Source of the DNA: Vicugna vicugna
Taxonomy: Eukaryota
Direction of reading: 5' to 3'
Length of the DNA: 64,000 nucleotides
Assembly (NCBI GenBank): GCA_013265495.1
Contig: MU058252.1
Location: 1,708,244 to 1,772,243 of the forward strand
In this document: positions 36,866 to 49,419 of the stretch, one piece after another
How positions within the stretch are numbered: the stretch's first letter is position 1
Layout: every line of letters begins with the position of its first letter
The notes under the pieces: generated by a model
Databases searched by the model: none
What the model saw: only the letters and a program-made list of their open reading frames with translations
Told to the model about the DNA's origin: nothing
Translations under genes and position numbers: made by a program

Positions 36866-39800
36866 AGTCACTCTTCAGGCCCCGTGCTAGGACAGAGGTG
36901 GCATGTGATTGCTGGAGGAGACGGTGGCGGGGGTCGATCAGCTGTGGGGAATGTGCGAAAGCTGGGAGGGGGCTTGAGAACCCAGCCCCCTGACTGAACA
37001 GAGAGAAAGCCACTTGCTGAGTTGCATCAGTCCAGACAGAGGTCCCAGGACAGCCAGAGCAGGCAGCTCCCCAGTCGCTGGCCCTCCCCCCGCTCTGCTG
37101 TGTGTAAAACATTCCTGATGCGTTTCTCAAGTTTATTTGTCAGAGTGCAATTTATGAATTTGGGGACTGGTGAGTTGTGTTTAGTGACAGGTAGATTTTC
37201 AGTGGTCGTGAGAGATGATCAGCGTTGGTCTACAGAAAACATGCGCACACGTGAACATGTAGGGGGTGAAGGGGAAACAGGCAGGGGAACAAGAGGGAGC
37301 AGGAAGAAAGCTCATCACCATCTGCTCAGGAGACTCCTGCTTCTGGTCGTGATGAAGTGTCAGGGGTCACACTGACCTTTCCTCGGACTGCTGTGAAGCT
37401 GGACACAATATGTAAAACTGTTTTCAAGTGTTTGACAACAGTGCATGGGCCTGTGAGCCAAGAGAGATGGAAAAACCAAGCTTTCTGCAACCACCGCGCT
37501 TTCGGTCTGGAGGCGGCTTCTGAACCGGGGTACCACGTGGAGGACGTGAGTCTTACTGGGCTAGGCAGACAGTCTGGGGGTAGGGGCTGCTGGGGTCGGC
37601 GGATTTTGCCAGAGAGAGTGCTGGTGCGGAAGGATCTACATAGAAAGAGAGCTGCAGAAATCCTCAAAGAGGTCGCCTTGTCTGAATGCTATGCTGCATT
37701 TTCACCAGGTGAGACGCCAAGTGGCCGAGCAAAAAGCCACTCCCAGGGAGCTGGCGGGCCTGTCTTAGACTGAGCTGTCTCAGTCCCTTTCCTGGGGCAA
37801 CATGCATGCCGGACGAACTCAGTCTGGCCCAGTACTGGATCACACGATGGGCAGTACTCACCCCAGAGCTCCCCACTGACAGTCAAGCACTTAATCTCTG
37901 CTAAAACCTGGGCACCACTTTTCAAATCCAGAAGCCCTGTGCAGCCGAAGACAGAGTTTCACTCTGCAACCCTCAAGGTCTGCGCTGCCTACTGGCGTCT
38001 GCCGGAGACTTACTCCTGGAACCCAGCACCCAGATCTGCTGGGCATGTGGCCCGCCTGGGCGGGCAGCTGGGTTTGTGCAGAGCTCTCTTCTGCCCCGGA
38101 ACACACCTGAAGCTGGATTTGGGAGAGAGCATATGTCAGACCTATATTGCTCCATCCTATTATCAGTTGAATTGAAAGGCTGTAGAAGAGGCCACTGTGC
38201 CATTTTTTTTTCAGTGGCAGGTGACACAAGGTGCAACAACCTGTCCTTTATGGTAGATGGGCATTTTGCCCTTTCCCGAACCATTGGACGTAAAAAATGT
38301 CACTACTGAGGCAAGATGGTGAGACCCTGAGTCTGCGCAGAATTTTTCTTCCCACAACTGGCAAGAACAGATCTCACTGGGACACCTAGACTTGACATAT
38401 GACACAGCACAGTTAATGTTTTATGATTCTGGGTAGCGGTTTGGAAACAGCACTGGAATTAAGGGCTTAGAATTCCAGATTTTTTTTCTTGTGTTCAAGC
38501 TACTGATGTATTTCCTTTTCATTTGATCCAGTGTCCTGGAAGCCTCTGAAGCAAACAGAGGTGACGCAAACTCCGACTTAGCTTTGAGCGACGGAATCTC
38601 TTTTCTACGTCTGAGCATGGGCCCCTTGAGGGGATCTGAACTGCTCGTCGACCTCCAGTCTCTGCCAGAGGAATGTCCTTGCGACACTTCATGAAGGAGG
38701 CACCTTGTGCTACATTCGTGGCCTCTCTTCTCTGCAGTGACTCTGTGATAATAAATGTGTCTTAAAAATACATTACGATGGAGAATCTATAGACGGTAGG
38801 TTGTTTTGAATTTGTGTCAGCATCACAAACAATGCCACATTCCAATGAAAGTTTTATTAAAACACTTGTGCTAGAACACAGGTGTCAAACACAGACCGAT
38901 CTGAACAAACAGGATAGAGCTGCTTGGTTTTAAAGCACTGGCATAGATAAAAATGTATTATTCATATCAACTCTTTCCATGGCTTTGAAACTGGAAATTA
39001 TTTCTGTGGCCAGCTCTGAGTAAGTATGTGAGCTGGCGTCTTAGCAACTCTGACTTGCTCCTCTAGTGTGATGTGAAGTGTGGAAACCCCGTCTCACACT
39101 CCAGTGTCACCTTCTCTTCTTCAGGGTCTGGCTGCCCTCCCACCTGCTGTCTTACCTCACGAAGTTCTTCTTTGTCTGCATCCTCCAGAGACTCTGTGGC
39201 TCCAGGACAGGGATCTGATCAGGACTGAAGGATGGGTTTGTCCAAAGACCAAGTTCAAAGAGCTTCAGCCAAGGCAAGGTGGACACACAGGCCTTAGGGA
39301 CCCAGGAACGCCAAGTCCAGAATGCGGGAGTCAGATCGCGATGCCAGCTAGCGCACTGAGCGATGAAAGATCAAGAAGCCACGCTAACCTGTCAGAAGAC
39401 TAAGAGACCAGGATACAGGCAAGAAGGGTGACAGCACCTGCCCGGGAGCGAGGGCATTCCCAGGGAGGAGTTTGTTCCTAAGGTCACTGTACATGAAGGT
39501 AACATTGGGGACAAATACAGCTGTGTACAGAGAACGAGCTTGTACCTACCTGTGAAGTGTCACTTGTGGTTAAAACCACAGACTTTTATAATAGATCGGA
39601 GCTCAGGCCACCAGCTCTTTAGATGTCTGAGCTTACTTTGTATTCAAGCCCTCACTTTACCAGTCACAATAATGTTCGCTTTCCCCTTCTCCCTTTCCCC
39701 GGGGTTATGTCCGCTTTCTGAGGACGAGCATGGCTTAGATTTGGCGGTCTGTGTCATCAGTCCAGGCAGACGGGCGAGCAGTCACTGCTCATTGCCTCCC

Positions 39801-40477
39801 GCACGGGCCCTCCAGAGCCAGAGTCTCTGCTGCCTCTGGGGCGTCAGGCGTCCCCACGTTACACCCGCTGCTTGTACACGTTGCTGTCTCTGGACGGTGC
39901 TCTTTCTAACGGTGATGGAGTGCAGTCTTCTCCAAGAGCAACCTCTCCATGGCCCCCAGGTCTCACATGTTAATGGCGGGTTAAGGGGCATCTCATTGGT
40001 GGGGACGTGGCATTTTGGCGGCTGGCTTTGTGGTGCTTGAGTCACTCTTCCCTCTGCAGAAAGAGGTTCAATTCTTAGAGGACTCTCTCGTCCAGGTGAG
40101 AGGTTGTAAGCTTCATTCTCCTGTTTTCACGTGTTCTGCTGCTGCCCAGAGAATTTCATCTACAAGAAACTCCAACAAGGCTGCATTCTTTCTCTTTGTC
40201 CTTTTTCTGCGGATGACCCATCTTACAGTTTTGTCATAGTTTTTCATTCACAGCTTGATCGCCGTCTGTGCCTTGCAAGCTGACCGCGATGTCTGAGTCT
40301 GGGCGTTCCGTCCTGGGTGGCAGCTACAGCCGCCGGCGCTGTGGTTCCCTCTGCAGGGCTTTGTCAGCAGGTCACGACGGCCCGAGTTCTCCTGGAGATT
40401 CTAGATGAGCCTCCCCATGTTCCAGGGCCAACTTTCGATTTACAAATCAGGTGCCTAAAAAATGTAACTTATTTTAT

Positions 40478-40548
40478 AAAATTTAATATCCAATTTGAGG
40501 CACCATTCAATCCAAAATTTAATATCCAATTTGAGGTAACATCAATCA
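40478..40548. repeat. Short tandem duplication, period 36 bp
   Basis: aaaatttaatatccaatttgagg at 40478 and 40514. Confidence 0.85.
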
Positions 40549-40608
40549 GGGTGAAAGAAATTTCCTCTCAGCTTGTGGTTCTTCCTTCCCCACTGTCTGT
40601 GGGCACAT

Positions 40609-41238
40609 GGCGACAAGGCACAGAGGGACAGAGACAAGGCACGGAGGGACGGAGACAAGGCACGGAGGGACGGAGACAAGGCACAGTGGGACGGAGACAA
40701 GGCACGGAGGGACGGAGACAAGGCACGGAGGGACGGAGACAAGGCACGGAGGGACGGAGACAAGGCACGGAGGGACGGAGACAAGGCACAGAGGGACGGA
40801 GACAAGGCACGGAGGGACGGAGACAAGGCACAGTGGGACGGAGACAAGGCACAGAGGGACGGAGACAAGGCACGGAGGGACGGAGACAAGGCACGGAGGG
40901 ACGGAGACAAGGCACAGAGGGACGGAGACAAGGCACAGAGGGACGGAGACAAGGCACGGAGGGACGGAGACAAGGCACGGAGGGACGGAGACAAGGCACA
41001 GTGGGACGGAGACAAGGCACGGAGGGACGGAGACAAGGCACGGAGGGACGGAGACAAGGCACAGTGGGACGGAGACAAGGCACGGAGGGACGGAGACAAG
41101 GCACGGAGGGACGGAGACAAGGCACAGTGGGACGGAGACAAGGCACAGTGAGACGGAGACAAGGCACAGAGGGACGGAGACAAGGCACAGTGAGACGGAG
41201 ACAAGGCACAGAGGGACGGAGACAAGGCACGGAGGGAT
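40609..41238. repeat. GC-rich minisatellite (VNTR), 30 x 21 bp, consensus ggagacaaggcacggagggac
   Basis: 30 contiguous units counted; four main variants (cacggagg, cacagagg, cacagtgg, cacagtga). Confidence 0.97.
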
Positions 41239-43217
41239 GGATGCTGCAGAAGTGCACCTCAGGGTCACCTGCAGGTGGCAAAGAGGTCCACAGACGCCTC
41301 TGGTCTTTGGTCAAGTCTGCACTTGGACATGCGGCTGTATATCTGTGACAATCTAAGGGTGTTTTCACTCGCACATGAACATTCGTGGCTTAAATGTTCT
41401 AAGAACACGGGTCATGAATAGAGAGGAAAGTAATCAGAGATCGCTTAGCCAGCGGACCAGACTTGGACCAGGAAGAGAAGCATTGATACGAGGCTCCCAC
41501 CACAGCATGGCGATTTGCTCGGAGGGGCCCCTGTGAGCTTATCTCTTGCTCCCAGGATAAGGATTTTAGCCGTAAACCGTTTATTTTCAGGAAAGGAGAT
41601 TCCCATCTTTTAACCACTCTGCTGCCGCTCCAAGAAGACAAGTGCAACCTCAAAACCGTGGCCATCGAGGTCAAATCTCCCCAGACCACAGGCGAGCCCA
41701 GTCCCGCCTGACAGCGCGCCAGCGGCTGGTCCGAGGTGGAGCTTCTCTGGAGAACGTGGTGACAGGGCATCTCCTCGTCCCGCCTCGCTCTTCCCTGGTC
41801 TCAGAGGAAGCGAGGGGCCGTACGGAGGAATTTGAAGAGGAAGAATTCTGTTTTCATTAAGAAACACTGTGTGATTAAGAAACATTCTTGGAAAGTCAAG
41901 GTCATTTTAAGGAAAAACGAGTCCTTAAAAATCCCTGAACATTTAGAGAAAGAAAGCAAACAGTTTAGAACCGGGTGGTGACCGTCTGCGCGGAAGCCAG
42001 CGCTGCTGAAGTCCCACCTCCTCGCACACAGCTTCATTCAGCAGGTGTTTGAAGCCGCTTGTGATGAAAGGATTTCGCAGCGTTACTACAGTGTTACCTT
42101 AGGAACTGTTCACTGGGAAGCCTCGGTCGCTCGGCCGTGTGGCAGTCGTGACGGTCACCGCTTAGGGATGACTCGGTCATGCACTTCAGTCTTCATTCTG
42201 CCCAGCTTGTCACTTCGAACCCAAATTAATTTTCTACACAGAAGAGCCAGGAAACAAATCCTCTTGGAAATCTCTAGAGATTTAGATTCATTTTCCCCCC
42301 ACCCCATCTCTTAATGGTCTGCTTAGGCTCTGTGTGCGGGACAGGCAGGTGGCGCCCATGCCTTTGACAGATTTGAGCACCTCTTAAGCACCAGAGACAC
42401 CAAAGATACAAGAATGTCCCTGGTCTTGAGGACACACAAAGATGAGTGAAGGAGAGTTGCTGACTGACAATTAAAACACAACGTTATAACCTGTATTCGT
42501 GGAAATCTCCTCCAAGATGACCACCTGGCTGTATTTTTGAGAATGATGACTATGAAGTCCTTCTAGAAACTGGGAAGTACTGCTTTGTGTGACCCAGACA
42601 AACATGAGTCAAAATTAGGAAATGTACGATTGGCCATTTAAAATTTTTTCTTTTTAAATTAGCAGGACAAAGTCTATAGCTAAAAAGGACAGCGTATATA
42701 GTATGTCTTCTGTTAAGTTTAGTCATTTAAAAAATTAACTATTCAAAGGTAATTTTCGTAATGCTTATGCTGAGCTGTGTTGCCACTGAGGCGCTGTTTG
42801 GTTCTTTCTGCTTACTGATTTACACAGCTCCTTAAAATGTCCATTCTAACTGGACAGAAATTCCGAATGTGCTAAACCCGATGACACGTACAGTTTCCTA
42901 CGGTTTCCTCCCTTAAGGACGGCCGTAGAAGCTCCAGCTGGTCAGGTGTCGGATATCGTTTTCTTTGCCGCAAAGACAGAATTTCCTTGAAGATCGCAAA
43001 TAACACCTGAATGTAATTTTTCTTTCACTTGGTGGATGGTCGGTCCGTAGTTTAATTTCCTCGTCTACAAAAACGAGGGATTTGGGTTAGATCGTTTCTA
43101 AGGATCCTAAGGATGCACCATAACTCTACGACTCTAAACGCAGCAAAGCGATATATTGAAGTGAAATAGTTGTTCTAGTGATGCAGGTGCCAACCGGGCT
43201 CAAATCCCTGAGCTTTC

Positions 43218-43330
43218 TTTCTGGGGAATTAGCTTTATTTGTTTATTTAATGGAAGGACGGGGGATTGAACCCAGGACCTCGTGCATGCTAGGCTTGAGC
43301 TCTACCACTGAGCTACACCCTCCCCTCCAC
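43218..43330 (-). mobile_element. Vic-1-like tRNA-derived SINE
   Basis: gggattgaacccaggacctcgtgcatgctagg...ctaccactgagctacaccc; TSD ccctga(gc/at)tttc at 43206 and 43331. Confidence 0.9.
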
Positions 43331-44169
43331 CCCTGAATTTTCCTGATGCAGATGTTAGTCAATTTCAGGAATGAGTCCTGAGTAATTGAGACGGTAGTAG
43401 AACGTCCACGCGGATATACTGGTTTTCTGCAGGCTTGAAGGAGTGGAGTTCTGGTCGGTCCTCTGGTTTTATGTGTGCTCCTGAAATTGGGAACTGCTCA
43501 TACTATGCGTCTTGTATTATTGACCTTCCATAGATTCTCTGAAAATAAACGCTCAACTTCCAAGCACTGAAATCTGGCTCTGTCCTCAGGGACCGCATCC
43601 AGGAGCATCCTTGCCCACAGGGTCCGTGGGCTGTGGGCAAGACTCTGCTCTTGGGCCACAATGCATCCCAGGGAACGTGGGCGTCCCCCAGAAGGTCTTC
43701 ACTGCTTTGTGTGACCACGCCTTTCTGTGTTCGGTGGGGTCCCAGCACCCACCCTGTGAAATGTCACTGCAGCATGGCGAGGTGTCCCATTTTCCACAAA
43801 ATAACTTCAGACTTAACCATAAACTTGTGTAACACTTCTCTCCTAATAAGGTCAAAAGTAAAGGCTCTCCATAGACTTAGAGAGGCCCCTGGAAAGCTTG
43901 GCTGAGTCAAGACTCTGAGCCAAGTTCAGGATGTAGAGGGGGAAGCGTGAGGGCCCCCAGCTCCTCCACGGCAGCAGTCTCCTGGGGAGCCTCTGAACAT
44001 GCCCCCCCACCCAGCGTGTTGACAGGAGTCAACAGATCTATCACAGGAAGGCTTACAGGGCACTTTTCAGGACCACACCTGCTGGATGGAGCCCCCTTCC
44101 AGGCGTCGTGGGGAGAAGAGGCGGGGCTTCGCCTCATCCCTGCCTCTGCCCTCAGCCCTGGATCTCAGG

Positions 44170-45350
44170 CTCCCACCAGCACCCACCCGCAGCCCATTCT
44201 CCTCGCTGCCGTCAGGGCGACCTTTTAAAAATGCAAATCAGACCACACTGCCCTCTGAACAGCCCTCTCTTAGCTTCCTGTTGAGGTCAGAATAAAATCC
44301 CATGCTGTGGCCTCCAGAGCCTGGCCTGTCTGGCCCCATCTCCTGCGGCCCTGTCCCCACTCACTGCTCCAGCCACCCGGCCCTGCTCCCTCCTCTGAGC
44401 CGGCTGACCTTCCTTTGCCTGGCGTGCTCCCCACCCCAACCCCATCTTGGTGTGCCTGGCAACTTCTTGCGAGATTGTGACCTCTCTTCAGTGTCAATGC
44501 CCCCGGAAGGATTTTGCACTTCCTCCACCCTGAATTTGCACACCTGCTGCCGCACTGTATTAACCATGTCTTTATTTGCTATTCTGTGATGCTTTGACGC
44601 CTCGGGGCCTTTCTGACCCTGGAGAGACCACCCCTCCCCAGGCCAGCTAATTCCTAGACAGAGCAAACCACTTGCTTTGGAACACACCTTTCATGTGCAA
44701 ACCAGAACCCACACCCCCAGCCACCTCCTTAAAACTCATCTAACCCTCACATAGCAGGCCACTATTCCCCTGTCCTAAATCCCCTCGGGGCCGGGTACAG
44801 GATGGCTGGGGGCCCCTGTAGCCCAGACACGGCTGAAGTTAGTCACATCATCCAATCCTAGGCTGGCTCAGTTTGCCTGCCCTGCCCATTCCTCCCCGCG
44901 AAACCCACCCTAAAGGCTCCTGCCCGCCGCGTGCCTTCCCCGCTCCCCTGCCTCCTGTCCAACCCTGGTGCTTCCCCACGGGGCTGCCCTCCCCTCTTGG
45001 GAACTGTGAGTAATAAAATTCTCCTTTCAAGTCCGTTGCTGTCATCCTAGCTGCCTGTACCTTGCCACACCTGAGTAAAATAAATCCCAGGTACATTTCA
45101 AAACACCTGTACCCCGGGCAGGCTCCCCCCATCACACTGCCTGGTTTTCTTGCTTTTGTTGGGGTCTTATTATCACTTGAAAGTACTTGTTCGTTGTTGA
45201 TTTGCTTTTACTTGCAAATACAAGCCACTGCTCCCCACAGGGACACCAGCACAGGTGGGAGATCTGCTGTCTGTTCAGCATCCTCAGTGCCTGGAAAAGA
45301 GCTTGGGAGAGTGGGCAACCTCCCAACGATTCTTCTCTGAATGAAATTTG
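44170..45350 (+). mobile_element. L2 3' region split by an LTR
   Basis: ttttaaaaatgcaaatcagacc...agaataaaatcc; 3' end cagtgcctggaa...tgaatgaa. Confidence 0.7.
44556..45105 (+). mobile_element. ERVL solo LTR (MER74-like)
   Basis: TG..CA ends (tgtattaaccatg...catttcaaaaca), gaccctggagagacc...gctaattcctaga, polyA signal gtaataaa near 45010. Confidence 0.8.
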
Positions 45351-45615
45351 TAGGCATTGGGGGAAGAGCAATGAGAAAATCAAATGAGAAGTCATTTTGG
45401 AAGTTCTCAAACACTACACAGTTAAAATGGTGAGTTTATGGATGGATTGATGGATGCCTGTAATCTCAGAAATTAAGCATTTCGGAAGCATCACAGGCAG
45501 GTCTCAGGGGGCTTCATGGAAGTACTTTCATCCATTTTCCTGCATATAAGGCCAAGATAACTCTAGTGGTCTCGGAACAATTTCTTACAAGGGACAATTA
45601 TGTTAAGGTACACGT

Positions 45616-45991
45616 GTGGCTCTCATGATGAGGCCGCCATGTATTCCCCCAACTTCCTGGGCAATTGAACTACAGTTCCCAGCACGCCTTGCAGTTAGGT
45701 CTGGTCACGTGATCGAATTCTAGCCAATAGCATGCAGGCAGAATTGACATGTACTCACTTACAGGCCTGGCCCCTACAAGTGTCCACGGGCAACCTCCAG
45801 GCTCCTTCACCTTTCCAGGTGACCTCAGAGGTGACACAGAGTGGATGGAGTCTCCATTCCCACCTCATCACTTGGAGAGTCGCTTAATGACCAGCAACAT
45901 TTGTTTTGGACTTAACCTGAGTGAGTTTTACTGAGTTAAAGCACTGAGGTGTCATGGATTTCTGGTTTTAGAAGCTGGTACCTTCATCAAC
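45616..45991 (+). mobile_element. MaLR solo LTR (MLT1H/I-like)
   Basis: actacagttcccagc...ttgcagttagg...ggtcacgtgatcgaattctagccaat...ttaaagcactgag. Confidence 0.75.
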
Positions 45992-46473
45992 ATCGGTGCC
46001 TCTATGTCAACATACAACCTAGTTGGTCCCAAATCCTGTGATGACAAGGGGCTGGAAGCCCTCTTTCTGCCGGGGGACCAGACGCTGGGGAACCAAGTCA
46101 CTCTCTTAGCTTTTACTAGGAGGGCGCATTGTCTAGGTCCACACCTCCTGTGCTCCTCGCTGCGTCTGCTGTGGCTTGCGTTCTGCACGACTCAGCAGTT
46201 TGTCTCGATCGGGTTAGGAAGGGCAATCCTGGAGAAATGAAATTCCTATCTGTCAGTCTGGCAGAGTCTGCAAAAATCCACGCAAATGCAATTGTCTGGT
46301 ATTACTTCTCTGGGCCACAGGCAAATGGCCAGAAGGAGGAGAACTCATTTCCTCCCTAAAATATACCTTGCTCTCCTAGGTGCAGCTGTCCGCAGAGGGG
46401 AAGGACTGGACCTCAGGGGTCCCTTGACAGCGTCCATCCCCTTCCTAACTGGCCCCCTCCCCATCCCGGGAAC

Positions 46474-46964
46474 TGTTACTGAGTCCAAGCTGGTACTGCT
46501 CGCCACACAACAGGCCAATAAATCGAGAGATGAGTTGTTGGGGCAAGGAAAAGTGACTTTATTTGGAAAGCCAGCAGACTGAGAAGACAGTGAACTAGTG
46601 TCCCAAAGAACCATCTTGCCTGAGTTAGAATTCAGGCTTCTTTTATACTAAAAGGAGAGGGAATAAAGTCAAACATTTCCCTCTCCAGTCAGCCTCTGGA
46701 GGGGATGTGCTAATCCCCGCCTGCAGTCATTCACAGGTGGGCCTGGTCGGGATGCTTCCTGTGAGCTAAACAAAGGTGTTTTAGCTTAGTGCTCATTGCC
46801 CGGGAGGCACAGTTCCCAGAGATGGGCCGTTATGTATACTTTAAGTTTATAGGCAGCATCCCTTTAGGGGTTAACTTGTAGCAAAAGCAATAGAATAGGA
46901 AGGTTCAAGTAAAAGGAACAGACCCAATCCGGAGTCAGGTTTGTTGCAGGTTTGTTCTGTTACA
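46474..46964 (-). mobile_element. ERV1 (MER4/MER41-group) solo LTR, 491 bp
   Basis: tgttac...gttaca termini with perfect 4-bp TSD gaac (46470-46473, 46965-46968); polyA signal (ctttatt) and TATA-like (ttttata) on the minus strand. Confidence 0.9.
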
Positions 46965-47729
46965 GAACCGGGGCTCTCGGGCTGTTCCCTGGTGGCATCA
47001 AGTCCCCGGCTGAAGCTGCCCTCCTTTCTGTCCCTTGCCTGCAGCTCTTCCCTCCATGGTCCTGAGAGTCCCTCTCGGAGCTGCCCCCTCGGAGATCCTG
47101 TTCGCCCTCAGCCTTGACCTCTCTGCAGTCGTCCAGCAAAGGTGGGAAACAGGCAGATGTGCAGCCTTTGCAGGCAGGCTGTTCTCCTCGGCCTCAGCAG
47201 AGGAAAGATCCGACAGAGGGAATGCCTCTGGCAGGTCCTCTTTCTGCCCCTGGGCGGGCGGGGCAGGACGCAGCCATGGGGCGTTTCTGAGGTCCTCAGA
47301 TAAAGACCTGCGGGCACTTTCCCCTACACAAGATTTCTCCTCTTGCGATGTCAGCATTTACCTTGCCAAGGCAGGGGGAGCTGACAATGCTGGTTTAGTT
47401 CTCCATGAAGAACCCCTGATCTCTGGCATGGAGTTATGGACAAGATATTGAATAATCAGAATGAGGATTTTTGAGGAACCTGTAAGTACCTTGGCTTCTA
47501 ATCCTGGTTCTATACGAACCAGCTGCCTTCCAGCCAGTCCTCGGTTTCTGGGCACTTTCTCCCGCCTATATCACATGGTAGTGGGGTCCTCAGTGCTCCC
47601 CCTGCAACCCCTAAGAACTTCATTGCTCTGATGAGTCAGTCTCAAGGTGACACGGCACCCCTTCCTCAGCAGATTAGCTGCACTTGGAGGACACTTCTAG
47701 TGCATTCAGCAGTTTAAGCCACTTGTTTT

Positions 47730-47990
47730 ATTTATTTAATTTTATTTTTTCTAGTGTGAGGACACTTAACATGAGATCAACCGTCTCATGGGATTTTTAT
47801 GTGCACCATACGGTGCTGTTAACACCAGGCATGACGCTGGCGGCATCTCTCCTGAAGGTACTCATCCTGCAGGACTGAACCTCTCCCCCCTCCCCCAGCC
47901 CCTGGCGTGGCCTTTTACTCTGTTCCGGAGTTTGACTATTTTAGATGTCTCCTGCGGGGGGAATCATGCAGTGTTTGTCCTCTTGTGATG
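47730..47990 (-). mobile_element. L1MA/MB-type 3' end
   Basis: gtgaggacacttaacatgagatc...gagtttgactattttagat...gaatcatgcagtgtttgtcc. Confidence 0.8.
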
Positions 47991-49109
47991 GTGCCCTATA
48001 TGCATACAATAAAGTAAGAGGCAGCCTTTAAAAAGGACAGCTCAGTATTTTTTGAATTTTTTTTTGACTTGTGATCAGAAGTCCTAGGAGCTGCCTTGGG
48101 GGCCACGTGGGGATGGGCTCACACTCTCCACCCCACTCCTGCCACATTCATGTTCCTTATGCATCTGGGTTGCCAGGTAAGCAAGTGTCCCACACAAGAG
48201 AATCTGGATAGACGGTGGTCCTCATTTCAGGTGTTTTTGCTCTACAGGTTCAAAGTGTGTCCGAGAAAATTTTGACTTTTCATTGAAAAACTTAGTCCGC
48301 ACTTTTCTTAGTGCTCTCTTGGTTCTGTTGTTCTCCGACTGTCTAAAACGGGTCAGGGATCTGCCTTTCCTGGCACCGGCCTGGGCAGAGCTCCCCAGGA
48401 GAAGCGCCCAGCGCAGCTCCGTCCTGGAAGCAGAGTCAGACGGAGGCTGCTGGGCTGCCCGCCCGGCGCACTGTCCCGAGGCAGAGCATCTCCGCCTGCG
48501 GAGCAGCAGTCCCGAGAGGGAGCGACCCAGCCCTGGAAGAAGTGCCGGCGGCTTGTGCATGAAGCGTTATTACTAGAATCTGCTGCGTTAACGGGTGTCA
48601 GCGTCTTTCATCCTCCTGGGGTCTACCAGCCCCGAAGAATGAAGCAGAGAGTGCTTCCTGAGCTCGCCCCCACCCCTTGGAAGCAGCCGTGTGTGACGGA
48701 TGTCACGGTGGGTAGACATAACCACCATGCATCGCTAATTCCGCTAGAGAAGCTTGGGTGAGAATAGGTATATTTGCAAATGGGAACTTGCACTTCGAAG
48801 GGTGCCCACTAGGCGGCGCGTGAGCCGCAGCGCTGATGATGGTCTGAGAAGGACCAACCAGCGCCCGCCGCTCTGCATCTCCCTCAGGACTCACCCTTAC
48901 CCGCCCTGCCCACATCTCACGACCCTATGCTGAAGTATCTCTGGTCCTGAAGCCGTCTCTAGTTTCTTCCTCTGTGAAAGCAGGGCCCAGGCTTTCTTCA
49001 ATAAAGCACAGTGAATTCTTGAAACCTTCATTTCATCCTTTGGACTCCAGTAGGCACTGGATTTTAATTTTAAAGCCCTCACTGACTCAAAATATTAGAG
49101 AATGTTTAT

Positions 49110-49419
49110 GGAAAAATCACATGTTCAATAAAGGACTTGTATATGGAATACTTTAGGAACCCTCAACATTCAAAAACAAACAATGGACAAAAACACGAAC
49201 TGACATTTCATCATGTATGTATTACATAGATACACATATATCCTCTTTAATGTAGCAGATGAGGGTGTGAAAAGAAATTCAGCTTCATTAGCCATTAAGG
49301 AATGCAATTCAGCCTCAATGAGATATGGCTACATATCTATTAAGATAGAAAAAAAAAATAGCAATGACACCAAATTCTGGGAAGAATGAAGAAAAACTGA
49401 GACTTTCATACATTGATAC
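49110..49419 (+). mobile_element. Ancient L1M ORF2 3' fragment
   Basis: ataaaggacttgtat...tcattagccattaaggaatgcaa...caatgagatat. Confidence 0.7.

Noticed and set aside
40317..41374. Six overlapping long ORFs (192-343 aa) as a repetitive protein, or the array as CRISPR
   Set aside because: Frames are open only because the 21-bp unit lacks stop codons; there are no unique spacers, leader or cas genes, and the context is mammalian.
12942..46964. A full endogenous retrovirus between LTRs
   Set aside because: LTRs belong to different families or orientations, solo copies have their own flanking repeats, and no PBS, gag, pol or env was seen.
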